From NCBI GenBank assembly GCA_041572575.1, contig JBFFSH010000038.1:1-23599 (forward strand): a stretch of DNA of 23,599 bases, read 5' to 3'. The translations under genes and the position numbers were made by a program. This DNA comes from Thermodesulfobacteriota bacterium. GTDB lineage: Bacteria; Desulfobacterota_D; UBA1144; Nemesobacterales; N074bin48. How positions within the stretch are numbered: position 1 is the first letter of the stretch; every line of letters begins with the position of its first letter. Shown one piece after another: positions 15,735 to 23,599 of this stretch. Under the pieces are notes generated by a model. That model ran no database searches, had not been told where the DNA came from, and saw only the letters and a list, made by a program, of their open reading frames with translations.

Positions 15735-17327
15735 ATGAGCCAGCAATCAACCAATGTCCATTCAGATTTCTTAGTTATAGGCAGTGGGCTTGCAGGACTA
15801 TACTCTGCATATTATGCGTCAAAATTCGGCTCTGTATCACTTGTTACCAAATCAACACTTGAGCAAAGCAACAGTTATTGGGCGCAAGGGGGTATTGCAG
15901 CAGCGATTGACCCCGATGATTCCCATATGTATCACAAAGAAGACACTTTAAAAGCAGGCAGGGGTCTTTGCAACACTGAAGCTGTAGATATTTTGGTAAG
16001 AGAAGGAATACAGCGAGTCTTAAGCCTTATGAAACTAGGTATGAAATTCGATGTCGGTGACGAGGGATTTCATCTGGGTATGGAAGGAGGGCATTCAAAA
16101 AGAAGGGTACTTCAGTCTGGTGGTACATCCACAGGAAAAGAAATCGTAAGCTTTTTAATTAATGAAATAAAAAAGAGTGAAAAAATTAATGTTTTTGAAA
16201 ACACTCAGGTACTTAAAATATTAACGCAGTCAGGCAGATGCCAGGGTGGGATAGCAGTTAATTACTATGATAATAATACCTACATTTTTAGTTCCAACGC
16301 TACTATTTTGGCCACAGGCGGTGCTTCAGCGCTTTATCAAAGATCAACAAACCCTCCGGGTGCTACAGGTGAAGGAATAGCACTTGCGTATAACGAAGGT
16401 GCCCGGGTAATGGATATGGAATTTATTCAGTTCCATCCGACTTCTTATTATTCAGAGTCTGGAAAAAGCTTTTTATTGAGTGAAGCGCTTAGGGGTGAGG
16501 GAGCAATACTTTTAAACGAAAGTGGAGAGAGGTTTATGGAATCAGTGCACGAGCGTGCTGAACTTGCGCCAAGAGATGTAGTCGCAAGTGCAATATTTAG
16601 AGAAATAAGAAAATCAGAAAAACCTTTTGTCTTTCTATCAGTAAAACATCTGGACAGCGGCCTTATAAAAGAAAAATTTACAAATATTTATGAATTCTGC
16701 CTAAGTGAAAATCTTGATATAACAGCTGAGGACATACCGGTTGCTCCCGCTGCCCATTATTTTATAGGAGGAATTAAAACGGGACTTATGGGAGAGACCA
16801 ATATTGACGGGTTATATGCCTGCGGTGAAGTAGCATCAAACGGAGTGCATGGAGCAAACAGACTAGCGAGCAACTCCCTATTGGAATGCCTCGTGTTTTC
16901 AAAAAGAGCCATCGACCACGCAAAAGATTCGTTTAATAGCAGAACTTCTAAGTCACCAGAAATTGATTTAAATAGGTATAAGTATCAAACCAGTCAAGAA
17001 CAGCAGACCATCTATCTTGATATAAAGAACAAGGTATCTCAAATTATGAATGAACTAGTAGGAATTATTAGAAAAGAAGAAGAGCTTCATGAGGCACTTA
17101 AGCAATTGGAAGCACACGGAGAACTTGTATGTAAACTGAGTAGTTTTTATTCCATCCAGCTACAAAATATAATCACAGTATGCCTGCTGATTACTAAATC
17201 TGCGCTTTGCAGACAGGAATCCAGAGGGGCACATATAAGAGAAAAATATCCTGAAGAAAACGAAGATTGGAATACTCATATAGTTTGGGAAAAGAAAAAC
17301 TCTCAGCCATTAATTGAAAAAATTTAA
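15735..17327 (+). CDS. nadB: L-aspartate oxidase
   Basis: IGSGLAGL, SNSYWAQGGIAA, EGGHS.RR, QFHPT, SEALRGEG, ELAPRD, AAHY, GVHGANRLASNSLLE and ESRGAH. Confidence 0.95.
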   Translation: MSQQSTNVHSDFLVIGSGLAGLYSAYYASKFGSVSLVTKSTLEQSNSYWAQGGIAAAIDPDDSHMYHKEDTLKAGRGLCNTEAVDILVREGIQRVLSLMKLGMKFDVGDEGFHLGMEGGHSKRRVLQSGGTSTGKEIVSFLINEIKKSEKINVFENTQVLKILTQSGRCQGGIAVNYYDNNTYIFSSNATILATGGASALYQRSTNPPGATGEGIALAYNEGARVMDMEFIQFHPTSYYSESGKSFLLSEALRGEGAILLNESGERFMESVHERAELAPRDVVASAIFREIRKSEKPFVFLSVKHLDSGLIKEKFTNIYEFCLSENLDITAEDIPVAPAAHYFIGGIKTGLMGETNIDGLYACGEVASNGVHGANRLASNSLLECLVFSKRAIDHAKDSFNSRTSKSPEIDLNRYKYQTSQEQQTIYLDIKNKVSQIMNELVGIIRKEEELHEALKQLEAHGELVCKLSSFYSIQLQNIITVCLLITKSALCRQESRGAHIREKYPEENEDWNTHIVWEKKNSQPLIEKI

Positions 17328-17369
17328 TAAAAAAACCCAAATTACTTATTTTCGTATTATAATATTGTT

Positions 17370-18014
17370 ATGAGTAGAGTACATACAGTTTTATTTATTC
17401 TATTATTTTTCATTGGAATAAATGTTTGCACCAGGGCCCAGCAAATAGACAAAGATGAAGTCATTAAATATGTTTCATCCTATAACGTATCGGCTCTAAA
17501 ATCTCTAGGGCCAGGGGTTATGCCGATACTTTCAAACCTGTATATAGTTTCCGATTCAAAACAAAAAAGAGTTATTGCCAATATATTTTATCAGCTCGGG
17601 TTTCTATCCGGCAATGCTAAGAGCGTGCTCATGCAGGACGTAAGAACCAACGACAAACAACTTAGAGTGGCTGTTCAGTACGCGCTCGGAAGAGTGAGCA
17701 GTGATGAAGATGTTGTAGATGCGCTTTTATATAATATGCATAATGACTCTAATGCACACTTTAGAGATAAGGCAGCATGTGCCCTTGCTTATGACCAGAT
17801 ACATTTAACAGAGAATGAAAAAGTTGATTTGTATGAAGGTTTGATAAAAGGACTTTCAAGTCCAAACAGACAGATTCGCAGTATTGCCATAAAAGCACTT
17901 AAGATACACACTGGACAGACAAAAGGATTTTTGGTAAATGGTACTGCAAGTAATCAATCCGAATCTTTGAGGAAATGGCACGCGTGGTTAGAAGAATACA
18001 AATCAAATCTTTAG
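17370..18014 (+). CDS. Exported HEAT-repeat protein
   Basis: Signal peptide ending ...CTRA|QQ and HEAT-like units LRVAVQYALG, FRDKAACALA and IRSIAIKALK. Confidence 0.75.
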   Translation: MSRVHTVLFILLFFIGINVCTRAQQIDKDEVIKYVSSYNVSALKSLGPGVMPILSNLYIVSDSKQKRVIANIFYQLGFLSGNAKSVLMQDVRTNDKQLRVAVQYALGRVSSDEDVVDALLYNMHNDSNAHFRDKAACALAYDQIHLTENEKVDLYEGLIKGLSSPNRQIRSIAIKALKIHTGQTKGFLVNGTASNQSESLRKWHAWLEEYKSNL

Positions 18015-19701
18015 TAATATTATTTCTTTTTACCATAATATCTTACGGAAACGAATATTCTGATATTCTAGTAAGCTACAGCTTCGATGATGACAATATA
18101 GAAACAGGGCCTGACACTTTTAAAATATGGGAAACAGGCAAGGGCTGTGTAGACCTTACAGATTCATATCGATTTAGCGGATATAATTCGGTTCAAATTA
18201 GTGACGGGGTAGGAGACAAGGACTTTCCTGAACTTATGGGGTTCTTCCCTACAATGAAAACCGGAAAGTTATATATACACTTTAGTTTTCTTACAACAGA
18301 TCATAACGATTTTCTCAATATTGCTCTTGCAGGTCCCAAGTTTTTTAATTTAACAAAAGACGGCATAGGATTTTGGCTTAAAACTCAAAAGGGTTATCTA
18401 TATCATGTATCAGACAGCATGCCTAAAAAGCTCTTTGCTATCCATGCCTTCAGATGGTACTCGGTTGATATTGAATATGATATAGACAAAGGAACATACG
18501 ACCTCAAAATCACCGAAGAAAATCACTATACGCCGCTTATAGAGCTTAAAAATCAAAAAAATGCATCAAACAATCCAAAATCAGTAGTTAATGTTTTCTC
18601 TTTTGTAACAGATCCATTCACAGATAAATCGAATCTAACCTATTACATTGACGACGTAATAATAGGGCTGGATGAAGAGATATTAAAAACCAGTTTTGTT
18701 GCTCCGGGAAGAAAAAAATATTTTGTTGATATGTGGGATGATTATCAGAATAAGTTAAGAGATAAACCCGGCTGCCTTCCAGCAATTCACCCGTATGATT
18801 ACGGGCTAAACGATAATAAAATTAATGAGCTTGGAAAACAGGGTCTTCTTGGTTTAATTAACAAGGCAGCAAGTGGAGAACAAATTCCTTTAGATAAAAC
18901 AAAAGATATTTCACTCCAAAACTTAGATATATTAAACGCAGTGTATAAATGGAGCCGGGGATGTTCGCTGCTTGCATCGAACAAGCCGTCAAAAGCTCTG
19001 GAACTGTTTAATTCGTCGGCGCAAACACTGCAGTATGCTCCGGTTGTTGAACTATCCAGGATATTGGCACTTGCCAGACTAAACAGATGGGGTGAGGTAA
19101 ATGACGGACTTAGAAACCTGTATTTTGAAGGAGTAGATGATCAAAGAATATCCGTAGTTCAGGCAATGTTAGGGATGTTAAATACAGATCTTCAAAATGC
19201 AGAAAAGTGGCTAGAAGAACCAGCCCAAACCATTCCGGATAAATTTGGTGACAAGATCTCCAACAATATAATCAGACGCTTCTGGTCGGGAAAAATAGAT
19301 AAAGATTTATTCATTGCAGCAAAGAAATATATGCCTTATGACTGGCTTGGCTATTATCAGCAGGCACATATAGCGGAACAGTATTTTTATGTACTCTTAT
19401 GGCAGGAAAAAAATGAGGAGGCTGCAATATTTGCTGACCGCATGATTGAACGCCTGGAATTACTTGCAGTGCCCACGTCTATATGGCTTGAAAGAAGAGG
19501 TGATGCTGCTTTTTATATGAAAGACTACAATACAGCCGAAAAGTTTTATCAAAAAGCCTTAGTGAAAAAGAGGAAATTAAAACTGATAGAGCTTTGTATG
19601 AAAAGCTATCAGATGTTTATTACCTCACAGGTAACTATGATCAAGAAAGGTTATATAGAGAAAAAATTTATGGAAGCCTTGTAGATAAAAAATGTAGATA
19701 G
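17975..19701 (+). CDS. Exported protein with an N-terminal beta-sandwich (LamG/ConA-like) region and C-terminal TPR-like repeats; apparent frameshift near 19551-19555 (in-frame stop 19684, restored stop 19701)
   Basis: Signal-like N-terminus, a beta-rich aromatic domain ending YYIDDVII, and TPR-like ERRGDAAFYMKDYNTAEKFYQK. The shifted frame continues LYEKLSDVYYLTGNYDQE. Confidence 0.7.
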
Positions 19702-19735
19702 TTTCAAATCAATATAATATTAATCTTGATTATTA

Positions 19736-19864
19736 TTATCCAATAAATGCAACCGCAAAGATTAAACTAGTTAATATAGATATAAACAGTATATCTTCTA
19801 GTGATAACCTAGTCTTAAATATCTTAATTCTTTTCTGTTTCAGTCTTTGTAATAACAAATTCAT
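19736..19864 (-). CDS. Unannotated 42-aa small membrane protein
   Basis: MNLLLQRLKQKRIKIFKTRLSLEDILFISILTSLIFAVAFIG* has a basic N-terminus and one C-terminal hydrophobic helix. Its ATG lies 15 nt downstream of a perfect sigma54 motif. Confidence 0.55.
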   Translation of the reverse strand: MNLLLQRLKQKRIKIFKTRLSLEDILFISILTSLIFAVAFIG

Positions 19865-19878
19865 AGCATTAAATATTA

Positions 19879-19895
19879 AGCAAAAATTGTGCCAG
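19879..19895 (-). promoter_or_regulatory. sigma54 (-24/-12) promoter
   Basis: Minus strand reads CTGGCACAATTTTTGCT, matching TGGCAC-N5-TTGCW, in an otherwise very AT-rich intergenic region. Confidence 0.8.
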
Positions 19896-20118
19896 TCGCT
19901 AATTAGTTTCAATATCTATGTTACTAGCTATTTATAAAGATTGAGGATTTTGAAAACTTCCCAAAACCTTAAGCCTCTACCAAAAATTGTTGTTATAAGT
20001 AACTTTTAAATTCTAATTTATATAACTAAATAATATAATTGATTTTGAATCTGTAATATAAGATAATCATTCAAATACAGATAGAGCATCATTATTTACT
20101 TAACAATAAAACTAAGAT

Positions 20119-21528
20119 ATGAAAACAATCAGGTTTTCAGTATTTATTGTAGCTATACTCACAATATCCTGTGGGGTGGAATATAACCCTCCTGATTTGG
20201 GTACATTGTACTCACAATCGGCAATGTCATCCGATTTAAACAGAAATCCGGTAATTGTTATTCCGGGTATTCTTGGCTCGAAGCTATTAGATCAGCAAAC
20301 AGGTCAAGTGGTTTGGGGTGCATTTGAAAAGGATTATGCAAATCCTAAAGACAGAGATGGGGCAAAGCTCATTGCGCATCCCATGAAAATAGGAACGCCA
20401 TTTGCTGAACTTAAGGATAATGTTTACCCAAACGGTGCACTCGACAGAGTAAGGGTAAGAATTTTTGGCCTGTCATTTTTGCTAAATGCTTATGTAAACA
20501 TTTTAAGCTCGCTTGGGGTTGGCGGCTATGTAGACGAAGAGCTGGGTAAATCTGGTTTTGTAGACTATGGTGATGAACATTTCACATGCTTTCAGTTTGC
20601 CTATGACTGGAGAAGAGATAATGTGGAAAATGCCAAACTGCTTCATAATTTTATAATAGAAAAAAGACAATATATCAGGGATGAATATAATAAAAGATAT
20701 AATGTTGATAAAGATGATATAAAGTTTGATATTGTAGCTCATTCTATGGGGGGTCTTGTTACAAGATATTATCTCAGATATGGAGATTCTGAGCTTCCTG
20801 AAAATGGAGCCGATCTTAAAGTTACCTGGAAGGGTGCATATTATGTTGAAAATGTAATAATTGTCGGTACTCCCAACGCAGGATCTTTAGATGCCCTGGA
20901 TCAGCTCATTAATGGAAAAAAAATAGGCCCGTTCCTCCCAACATACACATCGACAATAATTGGCACAATGCCCTCGGTTTACCAACTTCTTCCTAGAACA
21001 AGACACAAAAGAGTATTAGATGAAAATGGAAATGCAGTAGATATAATGGATTCCAATACGTGGGAAAAATACAACTGGGGCCTTGCAAATAAAGAGAGAA
21101 TATCTGATCTGCAAAAGATTTTTCCTGATGATACTGATGAGAACCTCATAATGGACACAGCTAAGGACCACTTACAAAAATCTCTTATAAGGGCTAAGCT
21201 TTTTCATAAATCTCTGGATATACCAAAAGCCCCTCCGGATACTCTGAGACTTTATCTCATAGCAGCAGATGCAGTAGAAACCCCTTCGGTAATGAGCGTT
21301 TCAAACACAACCGGAGAGTTAGTAATAGAAGAGTCAGCCCCTGGTGACGGCACCGTACTTAGAGTAAGTACACTAATGGATGAAAGAGTTGGCGGGAAGT
21401 GGGAAGCAAGGCTCGTATCCCCAATAAAGTGGTCAAATGTGATGTTTATATTCAACGATCATCTGGGAATGACAAAAGACCCCGCTTTTACTGACAATAT
21501 GCTGTACATTCTTTTGGAACAGTCATAA
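20119..21528 (+). CDS. Lipoprotein alpha/beta hydrolase, LCAT/phospholipase-acyltransferase-like
   Basis: Lipobox-like LTISC (Cys17), PVIVIPGILGSKL, FAYDWR, nucleophile elbow AHSMGG, GTPNAGS, PSVYQLLP, GDGTV and His in NDHLG. Confidence 0.88.
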   Translation: MKTIRFSVFIVAILTISCGVEYNPPDLGTLYSQSAMSSDLNRNPVIVIPGILGSKLLDQQTGQVVWGAFEKDYANPKDRDGAKLIAHPMKIGTPFAELKDNVYPNGALDRVRVRIFGLSFLLNAYVNILSSLGVGGYVDEELGKSGFVDYGDEHFTCFQFAYDWRRDNVENAKLLHNFIIEKRQYIRDEYNKRYNVDKDDIKFDIVAHSMGGLVTRYYLRYGDSELPENGADLKVTWKGAYYVENVIIVGTPNAGSLDALDQLINGKKIGPFLPTYTSTIIGTMPSVYQLLPRTRHKRVLDENGNAVDIMDSNTWEKYNWGLANKERISDLQKIFPDDTDENLIMDTAKDHLQKSLIRAKLFHKSLDIPKAPPDTLRLYLIAADAVETPSVMSVSNTTGELVIEESAPGDGTVLRVSTLMDERVGGKWEARLVSPIKWSNVMFIFNDHLGMTKDPAFTDNMLYILLEQS

Positions 21529-21580
21529 TAGAACACACTAAAATAAAATCAAAAGTGAAGTTTGTCATTAAATCCAGTTA

Positions 21581-23527
21581 TTAGCTCTCCTGATGCTCAT
21601 ATTTATCTTTAAGGGCATTTACCACAGAGGGGTCGGCAAGCGTTGTAGTATCTCCAAGCACCCTTCCTTCGGCAATATCCCTTAGAAGTCTTCTCATTAT
21701 CTTACCACTTCTTGTTTTTGGTAATTCTGCAGTGAAAATAATGTCTTCGGGTCTTGCAATGGCACCTATCTTTTTGACTACATGTTTTTTTAGTTCATCA
21801 ATAAGCCTGTTATTACATTTAATACCTTCTTTCAGAGTAACAAATGCTGAGATTGCCTGGCCCTTAAGCTCGTGCTGTTTTCCTATTACAGCAGATTCTA
21901 CGACGGTTTTATGATCAACAAGCGCACTTTCCACCTCCATAGTGCCGATTCTGTGCCCTGATACATTTATAACATCATCAAGCCTTCCAAGCACCCATAG
22001 ATATCCATCCTCATCCCTCTTGGCGCCGTCTCCTGTAAGATAAACATCTTTATACTTGCTCCAATAGGTCTTCATATAACGATTCTTATCACCATATATG
22101 GTTCTAAGCATAGACGGCCAAGGATTTTTTAATACCAAATTACCCGCTCCTCTTTTGATACTCTTCCCGTCTTCATCATAAATATCGGCTTCTATTCCGG
22201 GAAAGGCATGGGTAACTGAGCCTGGTTTTAATTTTGTTATTCCAGGCAGTGGAGTAATTAAGATACATCCAGTCTCAGTCTGCCACCATGTATCAACTAT
22301 AGGACAGTTCTTGTTACCAATGATATTGTAATACCACATCCATGCCTCTGGATTAATCGGCTCTCCCACACTGCCAAGAAGTCTCAAAGAACTGAGGTCA
22401 AATTTGCCAGGGTGAGATTCACCCCATTTCATAAATGCCCTTATCGCAGTAGGTGCAGTATAGAAGATATTTACCCCATATTTTTCAACAATCTCCCAAA
22501 ACCTTCCCCTGTGCGGGTAATCCGGCGTACCTTCGTACATTAAGGTTGTAGCCCCGTTTGCAAGAGGACCATAGATTATATAACTATGTCCGGTGACCCA
22601 TCCAATGTCTGCCGTACACCAGTATGTATCTTCTTCCTTTATATCAAACACCCATTTAGTTGTTGCATATACTCCGGTTAAATAACCTCCGGTTGTATGC
22701 ACAATTCCTTTTGGTTTGCCTGTAGTTCCGCTTGTGTAGAGAATGAAAAGCATGTCTTCGCTGTCCATATGTTGGGCAGGAAACGAACTGTCTGCACCTT
22801 CCATAAGATCATGCCACCAAAAATCACGGCCTTTTTTCATTCTGATTTTTGTATCAGTTCTATTTACCACAACGACCTTTTTAACAGACGGTGCAGACTT
22901 AAGAGCATCATCAGAGTTTGCCTTGAGTGGCACCACTCCGCCCCTTCTGTATCCACCATCTGCTGTAATTAGAATTTTTGATTTACTGTCATTTATTCTT
23001 CCGCTAAGGCTCTCGGCACTAAAACCACCAAAAACTATGCTGTGTGGTGCCCCTATTCTCGTACACGCAAGCATTGCAATGGCAAGCTCAGGTATCATGG
23101 GCAGATAGATTGTAACTCTGTCCCCTTTTTTAACTCCAAGACTCTTAAGTACATTAGAGAATCTGTTAACTTCTCTATACAGATCCCAATATGTTAGTAC
23201 TCTTGAATCACCAGGCTCCCCTTCCCAGATGATTGCTGCCTTATTTTTTCTCGAAGTTTCTAAGTGTCTGTCAATACAGTTATAGCTAACATTTATTTTG
23301 CCCCCTATAAACCACTGTGCAAAGGGCGGCTTCCACATTAGTGTTTTTCTCCACTTTCTAAACCAATGAAGCTCATTTGCAAAACCTTCCCAGAATTTTA
23401 TGTTATCTTTTTTTGCTTTTTGATAGACAGAGTGGCTGTTTATATTAGCCTTTTCTGTAAAATCTTTCTTAGGATTAAAAGTCCTGTCTTCCTTAAGAAG
23501 CACTTCAAAAGTGTTTGAGTTTTTCAT
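21581..23527 (-). CDS. acs: Acetyl-CoA synthetase (acetate--CoA ligase)
   Basis: [55 protein letters not shown] and [11 protein letters not shown]. Confidence 0.97.
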   Translation of the reverse strand: MKNSNTFEVLLKEDRTFNPKKDFTEKANINSHSVYQKAKKDNIKFWEGFANELHWFRKWRKTLMWKPPFAQWFIGGKINVSYNCIDRHLETSRKNKAAIIWEGEPGDSRVLTYWDLYREVNRFSNVLKSLGVKKGDRVTIYLPMIPELAIAMLACTRIGAPHSIVFGGFSAESLSGRINDSKSKILITADGGYRRGGVVPLKANSDDALKSAPSVKKVVVVNRTDTKIRMKKGRDFWWHDLMEGADSSFPAQHMDSEDMLFILYTSGTTGKPKGIVHTTGGYLTGVYATTKWVFDIKEEDTYWCTADIGWVTGHSYIIYGPLANGATTLMYEGTPDYPHRGRFWEIVEKYGVNIFYTAPTAIRAFMKWGESHPGKFDLSSLRLLGSVGEPINPEAWMWYYNIIGNKNCPIVDTWWQTETGCILITPLPGITKLKPGSVTHAFPGIEADIYDEDGKSIKRGAGNLVLKNPWPSMLRTIYGDKNRYMKTYWSKYKDVYLTGDGAKRDEDGYLWVLGRLDDVINVSGHRIGTMEVESALVDHKTVVESAVIGKQHELKGQAISAFVTLKEGIKCNNRLIDELKKHVVKKIGAIARPEDIIFTAELPKTRSGKIMRRLLRDIAEGRVLGDTTTLADPSVVNALKDKYEHQES

Positions 23528-23599
23528 TATTCACATTAAATTTGGAATATTTAAAATTTTGATAAACACCAATAAGAATATATTATTTTAAATCTTACT

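Noticed and set aside
15735..17327. NadB variant RRVLQSGGT in place of the more usual RRILHA..D as a sign of altered function
   Set aside because: The EGGHS, QFHPT, LAPRD, AAHY and NRLASNS active-site motifs are all intact, so ordinary divergence is sufficient.
19736..19864. Flp/type IVb pilin identity for the 42-aa peptide
   Set aside because: It has a basic leader, a Glu and a hydrophobic helix, but lacks the G|xxxxEY cleavage motif, and no tad genes are nearby.

Overview
AT-rich bacterial chromosomal window, possibly from a Desulfobacterota/Dadabacteria-like organism (an impression from gene content, not established). Housekeeping genes flank it: a sigma-70 factor C-terminus, an AI-2E transporter, an LMF1-family protein, a cysteine desulfurase, a pduO-type adenosyltransferase / O-methyltransferase / glnD / nadB run, a lipoprotein lipase-like hydrolase and acs. 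The main result is a self-contained minus-strand module at about 3137-9582 whose regulatory parts can be read from the DNA. In order: a consensus sigma70 promoter, a c-di-GMP-I (GEMM) riboswitch, an orphan sigma54 enhancer-binding protein with a degenerate receiver and probably a non-AUG start, a palindromic enhancer-like site and a perfect sigma54 promoter, a small winged-helix-like protein, an ANGGA-rich leader, a 1217-aa secreted protein with eight DUF11-type repeats, and a terminator. The window also contains a cluster of covarying REP-like palindromes, an unannotated 42-aa membrane peptide behind a second perfect sigma54 promoter, a homopolymer frameshift in a TPR gene, and several apparently leaderless genes.
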